A stretch of 64,000 nt of DNA from positions 15,934-79,933 of the forward strand of contig LFSP01000021.1 of NCBI GenBank assembly GCA_001513145.1. Direction: 5' to 3'. Both the position numbers and the translations under genes were made by a program. Source of the DNA: Clostridia bacterium DTU025 (GTDB taxonomy: Bacteria; Bacillota; DTU025). The notes beneath the pieces were generated by a model. The model saw only the letters and a program-made list of their open reading frames with translations, did not search any database and was not told the origin of the DNA. Positions 17,758 to 27,100 of this stretch are shown here, one piece after another (position 1 is the first letter of the stretch; every line of letters starts with the position of its first letter).

Positions 17758-18870
17758 ATGTCAAGGAAGGTCGTTTTCTCCATCGCCGTGCTCACACTCC
17801 TGCTGGCTCTGACCAGCGTTTCGATGGGGCAGGCACCGTTCAAGATCGGGATCATCACCGGTACGGTGTCCCAGTCCGAGGACGAGTACCGCGGCGCTGA
17901 AGCGGCTGCTGCAAGGTATCCCGGCATGCTGATCCATCGCCTGTATCCTGATAACTTCATGCAGGAGCAGGAGACTTTCATCGCCCAGATTACCAGCCTT
18001 GCGGCTGACAAGGACGTCAAGGCCATAGTGATCAACCAGGGAGTTCCCGGCACCGTCGCAGGCATTCGTAAGGTCCGCGAGACCAGGCCCGACATGATCT
18101 TCGTCATCGGCGAGCCCCATGAGGATCCGGAGATCGTCGAGAGGGTCGCGGATATCTCCCTGATCCCGGACAATATCGCCCGCGGCAGGACCATCGTCGA
18201 AGTGGCCAAGAAGATGGGCGCGAAGAAGCTCATCCACTACTCGTTCCCGCGCCACATGAGCATGGTGGAGCTGGCGGAGAGGGCCTCCATCATGGAGCAG
18301 ACCTGTAAGGAGTTGGGGCTCGAGTTCATCTTCGTGAACGCCCCTGACCCGCTGGGCGAGGGCGGTCTGCCTGCAACGCAGCAGTTCATCCTGGAGGATG
18401 TCCCGCGCCAGGTGGCGACCCACGGCAAGGACGTCGCGTTCTTCTCCACCAACTGCGGCATGCAGGAGCCTCTGATCATCGCCACCCTGAAGGCTGGCGC
18501 GATCTTCCCTGAGCAGTGCTGCCCCAGCCCGACCCATGGCTATCCGGCGGCTCTGGGCCTCGAGATCACCGAGGAGATGAAGGGGAACTTCCCAGCCATC
18601 ATCAATGCCATCAACGAACAGATCGTCGGCAGGGGTATGGCGGGCAGGTTCGCCACCTGGCCGGTGGCCACGTCGTACCTGGTCTCCGTCGCTGGCGTGG
18701 AGATCGCCAAGATGGCTGTTGAGGGCAAGATCAACCTCAACGACATGGCCGCAGTGCAGAAGGTCATGGAGGCCGAGGCTGGCGTCGGCATCGAGATCAG
18801 CAGGCTCAGCAACAGCGGCCGGTACTACCGCTACCTGATCGGTTCCATCATCTTCGGGGTCGATCTGTAG
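17758..18870 (+). CDS. DUF3798-like periplasmic-binding-fold secreted protein (putative substrate-binding component)
   Basis: Signal peptide then a periplasmic-binding-like sequence. Immediately precedes the ATPase and two permeases of a BMP/sugar-type ABC transporter. Confidence 0.6.
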   Translation: MSRKVVFSIAVLTLLLALTSVSMGQAPFKIGIITGTVSQSEDEYRGAEAAAARYPGMLIHRLYPDNFMQEQETFIAQITSLAADKDVKAIVINQGVPGTVAGIRKVRETRPDMIFVIGEPHEDPEIVERVADISLIPDNIARGRTIVEVAKKMGAKKLIHYSFPRHMSMVELAERASIMEQTCKELGLEFIFVNAPDPLGEGGLPATQQFILEDVPRQVATHGKDVAFFSTNCGMQEPLIIATLKAGAIFPEQCCPSPTHGYPAALGLEITEEMKGNFPAIINAINEQIVGRGMAGRFATWPVATSYLVSVAGVEIAKMAVEGKINLNDMAAVQKVMEAEAGVGIEISRLSNSGRYYRYLIGSIIFGVDL

Positions 18871-18996
18871 TCGGCAGTAGGCCGTACCGCTCGTGGCATG
18901 AGCTCAGACCATAATGCATGACTGCGCGTGCGGGCGCCGGGCCTGGCTCGGCGCCCGCACGCGGTACCGTTTCATACAACCGAGAGGGGTTGCGAA

Positions 18997-20601
18997 ATGG
19001 GCAACGGCTACGTTCTGGAACTAGAGAACATCACGAAGAGCTACTTCGGCACCACGGTGCTAAAGGGGGTCAACCTGGCAGTGAAGCCAGGCGAGATCCA
19101 CGCCCTGGTGGGGGAGAATGGCGCCGGAAAGAGCACGCTCATGAACATTCTGTTCGGTATGGGCGTGATCTTCGAGACCGGCGGCTTCGAGGGCCAGATC
19201 AAGCTGGATGGCCAGGGAGTTGAGATAACCTCACCCAGGAAAGCGATGGAGCTCGGGATCGGCATGGTCCACCAGGAGTTCATGCTCCTGCCCGGCTTCT
19301 CCGTGGCGGAGAACGTGAAGCTCAACAGGGAGCCCACCCGCGACAACGTTATCGCGCGGGTGTTCGGGCCGAAGCTTCGGACCCTGGATGAGCCGATTAT
19401 GAGGCGGGATACCCGCTCCGCCATGGACAAGCTGGGACTGTCCATCGATGAGCTCGCCCTCGTCGCCACGTTGCCTGTGGGCTACATGCAGTTTGTGGAG
19501 ATTGCCCGTGAGATCGATAAGCAGCACGTCAAGGTGCTGGTGTTCGACGAACCCACGGCTGTTCTCACCGAGAGCGAGGCCGCCACGTTGCTTTCCGCCA
19601 TGAAGCAGCTGGCAGCTGAGGGCATCGCCATACTCTTCATAACCCACAGGCTCAGTGAGGTGATGGAGGTTGCCGACAACATCACCATCCTCCGCGATGG
19701 TGAGGTCGTGTCAAGGTTGGAGCGCAAGGACGCCAAGGTGGAGCGCATCGCGGAGCTGATGGTGGGGAGGAAGATTGAAAGAGCCGCCCTGCCTCCTAGG
19801 AAGCGCGAGCCTTCAGACGGCGATGTGATACTGCAGATCCGTAACCTCAGGGTGGACATGCCAGGCGAGCGCGTGCGCGGACTGGACCTCACCGTGAGGC
19901 GCGGGGAGATCCTGGGTATCGGTGGCCTGGCCGGCCACGGGAAGGTGGGCATCGCCAACGGCGTCCTGGGCTTGTATCCAGCTGAAGGTGAGGTGTTCAA
20001 GAACGGGCAGCGGATCACGCTGAACGACCCCAAGCGTGCACTGCTCTCAGGCATGGCCTTCGTGTCGGAGGACAGACGTGGCGTTGGCCTTCTGCTGGAC
20101 GAGTCGGTGGAGATGAATCTGGTGCTCACGGCCATGCAGGTGCAGAACAAGTTCCTGCGGCCAGGCGCAATACCGGGGCTGAGGCTGGAGGACCGGGCCA
20201 GCATCCGTCAGCACGCTCTTGACTTCATCAAGCGGCTGGACATCCGATGCACCGGCCCCACACAGATGGTCCGAAGGCTCTCAGGCGGAAACCAGCAGAA
20301 AGTGTGCCTGGGGAGGGCCTTCACCATGGAACCGGAGATCATGTGGGTCTCGGAACCCACGCGCGGCATCGACGTCGGGGCCAAACAGCTGGTTCTGGAT
20401 CTCCTGGTGAAGTTCAACACGGAGCACAACATGACCATAATCATGACCTCGTCGGAGCTGGCGGAGCTGCGCAAAGTGTGCGACAGGATCGCCATCGTTT
20501 ATGAGGGCAGAATTGCGGGCATCCTCTCGCCCGACGCATCTGACACCGAGTTCGGTCTGATGATGGCGGGCATGGGCGCTGCACGCAAGGAGGTGGTATG
20601 A
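18997..20601 (+). CDS. ABC transporter ATP-binding protein with duplicated NBDs (sugar/nucleoside BMP-family type)
   Basis: Two Walker A / signature / Walker B sets (GENGAGKST...LSGGNQQKV). Confidence 0.85.
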   Translation: MGNGYVLELENITKSYFGTTVLKGVNLAVKPGEIHALVGENGAGKSTLMNILFGMGVIFETGGFEGQIKLDGQGVEITSPRKAMELGIGMVHQEFMLLPGFSVAENVKLNREPTRDNVIARVFGPKLRTLDEPIMRRDTRSAMDKLGLSIDELALVATLPVGYMQFVEIAREIDKQHVKVLVFDEPTAVLTESEAATLLSAMKQLAAEGIAILFITHRLSEVMEVADNITILRDGEVVSRLERKDAKVERIAELMVGRKIERAALPPRKREPSDGDVILQIRNLRVDMPGERVRGLDLTVRRGEILGIGGLAGHGKVGIANGVLGLYPAEGEVFKNGQRITLNDPKRALLSGMAFVSEDRRGVGLLLDESVEMNLVLTAMQVQNKFLRPGAIPGLRLEDRASIRQHALDFIKRLDIRCTGPTQMVRRLSGGNQQKVCLGRAFTMEPEIMWVSEPTRGIDVGAKQLVLDLLVKFNTEHNMTIIMTSSELAELRKVCDRIAIVYEGRIAGILSPDASDTEFGLMMAGMGAARKEVV

Positions 20602-21668
20602 CGATGGCTGAAAGGGTTGAATCGCGGGTTGTGACGGTGCTCAAACAGCTCTACGCGGAGTTCGGGCTGCCCAGGCTGATCATTGCCGGCTTCCTCGTCT
20701 CGCTGTTCATCCTGGCCTTCATCCTGAAGATGAACATAGGCATGTTGGTGAGCGACTCCCTCGTCAGGGTGGGAATGAACGGCATTCTGGTTCTGTCGAT
20801 GCTGTACACCCTCGCCTGCGGAGTGGGGCTGAACTTCGGCTTGGCTGTGGGCGTCATCGCCGGCCTTGTTGGCGCCGTGACCAGCATGAACTTCGACTTG
20901 CCCGGGTTTACGGGCTTCTTTGCCGCCATAGCCATAGCGGTGCCCATAGCCGTGGCCCTGGGCTGGCTCTACGCTGAGCTCTTGGAGCGGGTGAAGGGCC
21001 AGGAAATGATGGTCGGGACTTACGTCGGATACTCCATCGTCGCGGGGATGTGCATCTTCTGGGTAGCCGCGCCGTATACGAATCCCGCCATGATATTCCC
21101 GCTGGGCGGAGCCGGCCTGCGCACCACCCTGACGCTGGACCGCACGTGGGCAAAGGTGCTCAACGACTTCCTGGCCTTCAGGATCGGAGGCCTCTCAATC
21201 CCCACAGGGCTGCTGCTGTTCTTCGCGTTGTTCTGCGTGGCGTCGTGGCTGTTCTTCCGGTCTAAGGCGGGGCACGCCATGCGCATGGTGGGCGCCAATC
21301 CGGCGTACGCCCAGTCTTCAGGCATAAATGTGAGAGGCATCAGGCGCCTGGGAGTGATCCTATCCACCGTGCTCGGAGCGATAGGGATCATCGTGTACGC
21401 CCAGAGCTACGGGTTCGTGCAGCTCTACACGGCGCCTTTGAACGTAGCGTTCCCGGCGGTGGCGTCGATCCTGATAGGCGGCGCGTCGCTGCAGAGGGCA
21501 ACGGTGGGGCACGTGGTGCTGGGAGCCATCCTGTTCCACACTCTGCTCACCATCGCGCTGCCTGTGACCCAGACAGCCCTCAGCGGAACCGACATCAGTG
21601 AGATCGCCCGGATGATCATGAGCAATGGCATGATCCTCTATGCCCTGACCCGGGCTGAAAGGAGGTAG
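20598..21668 (+). CDS. ABC transporter permease (BMP-family / branched-chain-type permease fold)
   Basis: Polytopic membrane protein. Start overlaps the ATPase stop (ATGA). Confidence 0.8.
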   Translation: MTMAERVESRVVTVLKQLYAEFGLPRLIIAGFLVSLFILAFILKMNIGMLVSDSLVRVGMNGILVLSMLYTLACGVGLNFGLAVGVIAGLVGAVTSMNFDLPGFTGFFAAIAIAVPIAVALGWLYAELLERVKGQEMMVGTYVGYSIVAGMCIFWVAAPYTNPAMIFPLGGAGLRTTLTLDRTWAKVLNDFLAFRIGGLSIPTGLLLFFALFCVASWLFFRSKAGHAMRMVGANPAYAQSSGINVRGIRRLGVILSTVLGAIGIIVYAQSYGFVQLYTAPLNVAFPAVASILIGGASLQRATVGHVVLGAILFHTLLTIALPVTQTALSGTDISEIARMIMSNGMILYALTRAERR

Positions 21669-21673
21669 CCGGC

Positions 21674-22807
21674 ATGAAAGGGAGCCCAACTGCAGCTGTG
21701 TCCACGGAGAGTAGAGCCGCAAAACTTGGACAGCTCCTGAAAAGCTGGTCCGTGCCGTTGTTCTTCCTGGCGCTTTCAGCAGCCGGCGTCATCGCCGCTA
21801 AGCTTGACCTGAACTTCCTCATCCGGGAGATCATTACGAGGTTTGGAAGGAACGCCTTCCTTGTTCTGAGCCTCATAATACCGGTCATAGCCGGCCTGGG
21901 GCTCAACTTTGGCATCGTGGTTGGGGCCATGGCGGGTCAGACGGCGTTGGTCATCATCACGCACTACGACATCAGGGGACTTGCTGGATTCGGCCTCGCG
22001 GCGCTGGTTGCGGTGCCCTTCGCAGTGCTGTTCGGCTATCTCACCGGCCTGGTGCTTAACCGCGCCAAGGGCAAGGAGATGGTGACCGGCATGATCCTGG
22101 GCTTCTTCGCCAACGGTCTTTACCAGCTGGTCTACCTGGTGCTTCTGGGCACGCTGATCCCGATGCGCAATCCCAGCATGATGCTGAGGTCGGGAGTGGG
22201 CCTGAAGAACACTGTGGACCTGTTCTGGATAAGCAACTCCCTTGACAGGGCGTTGGATCCTCTCTGGAACGGGATGATCGAGTTTGAGATAGGCGGCATG
22301 GCCGTCGGCCCGTGGCGGATTCCCGTAGGCACGTTCGTGGCCATCGCGGCGCTGTGCGTGTTCACGTCCTTCATCACCCGCACCAAGCTGGGACAGGAGA
22401 TGAGGGCCGTGGGTCAGGACCGCCACATAGCTCAGGTGGCGGGCATCAATGTGGATCGCACCCGCATAATCGCTATCATAATGTCAACGGTGCTGGGAGC
22501 GTGGGGTCAGCTGATCTTCCTGCAGAACCTGGGCACGTTCAACACCTACTCCGCTCACGAGCAGGTGGGCACCTTGTCGGTGGCTGCGCTCCTGGTGGGA
22601 GGCGCGACGACGCGCAGGGCCACCATATGGAACGCCATCGCGGGAGTGCTTCTCTTCCACACGCTGTTTGTGGTATCGCCTGCCGCGGGCCAGCGCCTGT
22701 TCGGCATCGCGCAGGTGGGTGAGTACTTCAGAAGCTTCCTCTCCTACGGGGTCATTGCGTTGGCTCTGGCGATGCACGCGTGGGAGGCGAAGTCTAAGAG
22801 GAAATAG
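21674..22807 (+). CDS. ABC transporter permease (second subunit)
   Basis: Polytopic membrane protein, paralogous to the upstream permease. Confidence 0.8.
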   Translation: MKGSPTAAVSTESRAAKLGQLLKSWSVPLFFLALSAAGVIAAKLDLNFLIREIITRFGRNAFLVLSLIIPVIAGLGLNFGIVVGAMAGQTALVIITHYDIRGLAGFGLAALVAVPFAVLFGYLTGLVLNRAKGKEMVTGMILGFFANGLYQLVYLVLLGTLIPMRNPSMMLRSGVGLKNTVDLFWISNSLDRALDPLWNGMIEFEIGGMAVGPWRIPVGTFVAIAALCVFTSFITRTKLGQEMRAVGQDRHIAQVAGINVDRTRIIAIIMSTVLGAWGQLIFLQNLGTFNTYSAHEQVGTLSVAALLVGGATTRRATIWNAIAGVLLFHTLFVVSPAAGQRLFGIAQVGEYFRSFLSYGVIALALAMHAWEAKSKRK

Positions 22808-22885
22808 TACAGGCAAGTGACAAGCCCCTGCCGCATAGGCTCAACTAGACTCGCCCCATGGGGACAGCGAAGCGGCGAGGGGGTG

Positions 22886-23302
22886 ATGTGGCAGGTGGCC
22901 CACGACGGCGACACCGGCCGCTCCGGTCGGGACTGGCGACCGCAGGAGATGGATGCCGCAGCCTACTTGGGGATCGATCTCAAGTGGCCCGAACCGGTGG
23001 AGCATGAAACCAGGTTCCTTCAGGATGCGCAGGAAGCGCAGCAAGGGGAAGGCGGTCCGGTGGAGCCGGCTGCCGTGACGTTCCGGGAGGAGCATCACTA
23101 CGAGGCTCCGCTCGCTTCCGAAGTCACTCCTGTAACGGAAGAGAAGATCGAAGCGGAAAGACCAGAGGAACCGGCAGGAACGGTGAACCAGGGGAAAACC
23201 GCTGGCGAAACCGAACCAGAACAACCCCGTCCTGACAGGAAAGAGACGAAGAAGAAACCCGAAGTCATCGTGTGGGGCAACTTCCCGAGAGCCCGCAAGT
23301 AG
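22886..23302 (+). CDS. Hypothetical acidic low-complexity protein
   Basis: E/P-rich ORF after the ABC operon. Weak evidence, may be non-coding. Confidence 0.2.
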   Translation: MWQVAHDGDTGRSGRDWRPQEMDAAAYLGIDLKWPEPVEHETRFLQDAQEAQQGEGGPVEPAAVTFREEHHYEAPLASEVTPVTEEKIEAERPEEPAGTVNQGKTAGETEPEQPRPDRKETKKKPEVIVWGNFPRARK

Positions 23303-23353
23303 AGAGGAAAGCGGGGCCGGTGGGAAGGTCACAGAGCACCCGGCAGTGCGGCA

Positions 23354-23378
23354 GGAGAGGGCCGAGGCCCTCTCTCTG
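23354..23378 (+). terminator. Hairpin GAGAGGGCC-GAG-GCCCTCTC followed by TCTGCCGCTGCTTGT
   Basis: 9-bp GC stem downstream of the ABC operon. Confidence 0.3.
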
Positions 23379-23540
23379 CCGCTGCTTGTATGTGCGGGCC
23401 AGTTGGCGCGGGCCGGCTGGGGCCGGCCGCAGGCCGATCCGGATGATGCCCCTCCGGCGGGCCCCTAGGTTACACTAATGCATAAAATCCGAGGAATTTT
23501 GCTATACATATGCACATCAAAGGCCCAGCTAAAGCCGGGT

Positions 23541-23569
23541 TTGACAACCTGAGCCGACATGTGTATTAT
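23541..23569 (+). promoter_or_regulatory. Sigma-A promoter for the yabE-like gene (TTGACA-17-TATTAT)
   Basis: Consensus -35 and near-consensus -10 in an AT-rich intergenic stretch ~50 nt upstream of the TTG start (RBS GGGAGGG). Confidence 0.5.
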
Positions 23570-23620
23570 AAAGCATAATCCGAAATCCAAGGCATTCTAG
23601 CCATACTGGGAGGGTTCCGA

Positions 23621-24463
23621 TTGAAGCCCGCAAGGGTGTCGGAGGAGCCGGGCCAACGAAGGAGAGCCGTTCTGTGGGGCGTCGCCATCTTCTGTGTGGT
23701 CGTGGCCTCTTGCGTTATGCTGGATCTCAAGTCTCGGCAGGTGATGGCGGCGACGGCCGCAGCCACCGCTGTCGCTGAGGGCGCGGTAGCTTTCGTGCCG
23801 CGGACAAGCTATATCAATAAAGTGTTTCACAGCATTGGGATGAACCTCGAGGCAGCTCCGACAGGTCCTTCGCGGGCCTCTTCGGGCTGGGTCGTGGAGA
23901 GGTCCATCGTCAAGCGACGGGTGCCCCTTCCTGCGCCCACTCAGCGTGTGAACGACCCCACGCTTGACAAGGGGCAGGTCCGCGTGCTGAAGCAGGGCGC
24001 CGACGGAGCGAAGGAGCAGATGGTTCTCATCACCAGGGACCAGGCGGGCAACCGCACCGAGACGGTGATGCGAGAGTGGGTCTCGGTGGAGCCGAAGCCC
24101 ACCATCATGGCCGTCGGCTCCAGAGAGCCCCTGAGGGTGCTGGTGACCAGCCGCGGGACCTTCACGTACCGCAAGGTGCTTGACATGGTCGCAACGGCTT
24201 ACGAGCCTGGACCGGTGTCGTGCGGCGAGCACGCCGACGGCTACACCGCCATAGGCCTCAAGGCGGAGCCGGGCATCGTGGCGGTGGATCCCAGGGTGAT
24301 CCCGCTGCGGACGAAGCTGTACGTGGAGGGTTACGGCCCTGCGATCGCCGGTGACGTGGGAGGCGCCATCAAGGGCAACAGGATCGACCTGCTCTTCAGG
24401 ACCGTCGAGGAGTGCATCCAGTACGGGCGCCGGCGGGTCAAAGTATATATCCTTGAAGACTAG
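23621..24463 (+). CDS. yabE: YabE-like cell-wall protein (membrane anchor + G5 domain + 3D domain)
   Basis: TM segment LWGVAIFCVVVASCVMLDL, G5-like NDPTLDKGQVRVLKQGADGAKE, and C-terminal 3D domain AVDPRVIPLRTKLYVEGYGPAIAGDVGGAIKGNRIDL. Position after tatD matches Bacillus. Confidence 0.75.
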   Translation: MKPARVSEEPGQRRRAVLWGVAIFCVVVASCVMLDLKSRQVMAATAAATAVAEGAVAFVPRTSYINKVFHSIGMNLEAAPTGPSRASSGWVVERSIVKRRVPLPAPTQRVNDPTLDKGQVRVLKQGADGAKEQMVLITRDQAGNRTETVMREWVSVEPKPTIMAVGSREPLRVLVTSRGTFTYRKVLDMVATAYEPGPVSCGEHADGYTAIGLKAEPGIVAVDPRVIPLRTKLYVEGYGPAIAGDVGGAIKGNRIDLLFRTVEECIQYGRRRVKVYILED

Positions 24464-24532
24464 ACTTCCGACCTATCGCAGACTATGCCCAGCTCACCCC
24501 GGTGAGTTGGGCATTTATGATATAATAACAAC

Positions 24533-25351
24533 ATGAGACGTTACGGCCAGCATTTTCTGGTATGCCAAGAAGTGCGCGATTCTATCGTTGACGCCGCCGC
24601 GCCCGGCCCCAGAGATCTCGTGCTTGAGATCGGTCCGGGCAAGGGCGCGCTCACTGCGAAGCTGGCCGAGAGGGCGGGCATGGTGGTGGCCGTCGAGATC
24701 GACGGCCACCTTGTCGAAGCTCTCCAGAAGGCGTTCGCCGGCCGCGCCGGCGTGCGCATAGTCCACGCCGACGTGCTGGAGTGCGACATAGCCCGCTTGG
24801 CTCGCGAAGCCGATTTCGAAGCCGGCCGCCGCCTGGTGGTGGCCAATCTGCCCTACTGCATCACGTCGCCGGTGCTCAGGCAGCTTCTTGCCAACTCGTT
24901 GCTGTTTGACGAGTTCGTGCTGATGGTGCAGATGGAGGTGGCCGAGCGGCTCGTCGCCGGGCCAGGCGAGAGCGGCAGGTCGGTGCTGTCGCTGATGGCG
25001 CAGTACCACACCGAGCCCAGCCTGGTCATGCGGGTGGGCCCGGAGTGCTTTCAGCCTCCGCCAGCGGTGGATTCGGCGGTGGTGAGGCTGAAGGTGAGAA
25101 AGCGGCCTGCGGTGGATGCGGACCCGCGCACGCTGTGGGCGCTGGTGGAAGCCGGTTTCAAGCACAGGCGCAAGACCATGCGCAACGCGGTGTATGCCCT
25201 GCTGCCGCCGGGGTGCGGCGCAGACTTGATCGACAGGGCCTTCCATGACGCCGATGTCGACCCGCGGCTTCGCGCCGAGCATATGTCTCTAGATCAATTC
25301 TCTGCGTTAGCCGACGCCGTGAACGCCCTGTTCGCGGCGTGCAGCCGCTGA
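24533..25351 (+). CDS. rsmA: 16S rRNA (adenine1518/1519-N6)-dimethyltransferase
   Basis: GQHFL...EIGPGKGALT and NLPYCITSP motifs. Confidence 0.92.
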   Translation: MRRYGQHFLVCQEVRDSIVDAAAPGPRDLVLEIGPGKGALTAKLAERAGMVVAVEIDGHLVEALQKAFAGRAGVRIVHADVLECDIARLAREADFEAGRRLVVANLPYCITSPVLRQLLANSLLFDEFVLMVQMEVAERLVAGPGESGRSVLSLMAQYHTEPSLVMRVGPECFQPPPAVDSAVVRLKVRKRPAVDADPRTLWALVEAGFKHRRKTMRNAVYALLPPGCGADLIDRAFHDADVDPRLRAEHMSLDQFSALADAVNALFAACSR

Positions 25352-25842
25352 AAGCCGGGGATTCTCTCATGCAGTACTTCGTGAGCCCCACGAAAGGCCG
25401 TTTGAGCCTCAACCAAGTGTTTACCGATATCATGGACTACGTGCACGAGGATCCGGAGTGCCACTACCGTCTCATAGTCGGCACCGACTCCCAGATCGGC
25501 GCGGACACGTGCTTCGTGACCGCAGTGGTGATACACCGGGTGGGCAGGGGCGCGCGGTACTATTACGCCCGCGACCATCAGCGAACGGAACGAAGCCTGA
25601 AGCAGAGGATATTCTACGAAGCCTCCAAGAGCCTGGAGCTGGCGAGCCAGCTGGCGCACAAGCTTTCGGAGAACGGCCATAGCGACCTCAACATCGAGAT
25701 CCACCTGGACGTCGGCGAGAACGGCCGCACCAAGGAGCTCATCAGGGACATCATCGGGATGATCACTGGCACCGGCTTCGAGGCGCGGATCAAGCCGGAC
25801 GCCTACGGAGCCTCCAAAGTCGCCGACAAGCACACCAGATAG
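25339..25842 (+). CDS. DUF458 / YkuK-like RNase H-fold protein
   Basis: YRLIVGTDSQ motif. Start overlaps the ksgA stop (GTG at 25339, or the ATG at 25369). Confidence 0.45.
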   Translation: MQPLKAGDSLMQYFVSPTKGRLSLNQVFTDIMDYVHEDPECHYRLIVGTDSQIGADTCFVTAVVIHRVGRGARYYYARDHQRTERSLKQRIFYEASKSLELASQLAHKLSENGHSDLNIEIHLDVGENGRTKELIRDIIGMITGTGFEARIKPDAYGASKVADKHTR

Positions 25843-25998
25843 TCCCCGCATGGTTCCCGCATAGTCCCCCGCGGCACAGCCTCCGTGCTCACGTGCGTTT
25901 TCGCATGTCCCTCGTCAGGCACCGCCTTCATATCCTGAACCGAGAACCCTGGGGCCCCGGAGCCCCTGTGCGTTTCCGGAGAGGGGGGAAGGCTCATC

Positions 25999-26940
25999 GT
26001 GGAAGCTGCAAAGATCAGGGAAGGCGACAGCGTAGTCCGCAAGTCGTACGGCAGCGACCTGATCTTTCAGGTCATGTGCGTAGACTGCGATGGCCCAGGC
26101 GAGCCCAGGGCCCGGTTGAAGGGGCTGAACGTGAGGCTCGTTGCCGACGCTCCCGTATCAGACCTGGAACTCGCAGACGAGAGGGCCGTGATAGAGCTAA
26201 GGCGCGAGACGATGAGGCAGTCGGCAGAGCTGGTGAGGGCCGCTCGCATGCGGATGCAGCAGGAGGAACAGGCCAGGAGCAAGAAGGAACGGCGGCGGTC
26301 GGTATTCGGGCTGGCCAGGGCCTTAGGCGCGGCTGCGACAGCCGACGACCGTTTTAGCCTGCCGGGCAAGGTGCTCCACATTGATGGCGACGCGGATTAC
26401 CTGCGCGACTGCATGCGTTACTATAAAGACCTTGGGGTGCCTGCCGTAGGGAAGCACATCAAGCCGGAACACCAGGCCGACGCGGTGGAGAACCTCCTCG
26501 CCGAGGTATCGCCGGACGTGTTGGTGCTCACAGGGCACGACGCCCTCAAGCGCAAGGGTTCCGATAGGGCCATGATGTCGAGCTACTGGAACTCCGAGCA
26601 CTATGTCAATGCGGTGCGCCGAGCCCGGCGTTACGAGAACGACCTGGACGGACTCGTGATCGTGGCAGGGGCATGCCAGTCATTCTACGAGGCGCTGATA
26701 GAAGCCGGCGCCAACTTCGCCAGCGCCCCGGAGAGAGTACTCATACATTGCATGGACCCCGTTCTCATAGCAGAAAGGATAGTTAACACCCCTGTAGACG
26801 AGATGGTCCTGGCAGACCAGGCGGTGGACGGGACCATCACCAAGCGCCCGGGCATGGGGGGAGTGCAGACCAGGGGGAAGATGCGGGTCAGCATTCCCCG
26901 CACAGCCCTGGGAGTGAACGGAGCCGGGCGGGCAAGGTAG
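25999..26940 (+). CDS. yabG: Sporulation-specific protease YabG
   Basis: VLHIDGDADYLRDCMRYY...PDVLVLTGHDA...VIVAGACQSF signature of YabG peptidase (U57). GTG start with a GGGGGGAAGG RBS. Confidence 0.85.
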   Translation: MEAAKIREGDSVVRKSYGSDLIFQVMCVDCDGPGEPRARLKGLNVRLVADAPVSDLELADERAVIELRRETMRQSAELVRAARMRMQQEEQARSKKERRRSVFGLARALGAAATADDRFSLPGKVLHIDGDADYLRDCMRYYKDLGVPAVGKHIKPEHQADAVENLLAEVSPDVLVLTGHDALKRKGSDRAMMSSYWNSEHYVNAVRRARRYENDLDGLVIVAGACQSFYEALIEAGANFASAPERVLIHCMDPVLIAERIVNTPVDEMVLADQAVDGTITKRPGMGGVQTRGKMRVSIPRTALGVNGAGRAR

Positions 26941-27100
26941 AGTGAGCTACCATGCCACGCCCGGGCGGTCCAACCGGGGGGCCGGCGTCGGGGTGGGGGT
27001 CTACTTCCGCTCCGAGTCAGCCCCTCATGTTATACGTGCGGAAGGCATGGACCTGTTCACGTGAGCGGTGCAGCTGGGCGTCTCCATGTGGATGAAGGAT

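Noticed and set aside
23576-23640. Possible c-di-AMP (ydaO-type) riboswitch upstream of the yabE-like 3D-domain gene
   Set aside because: The distance from the predicted -10 to the start codon is only ~45 nt, far too short for the ~120-nt ydaO aptamer. GGAGG-like strings there are just the RBS.
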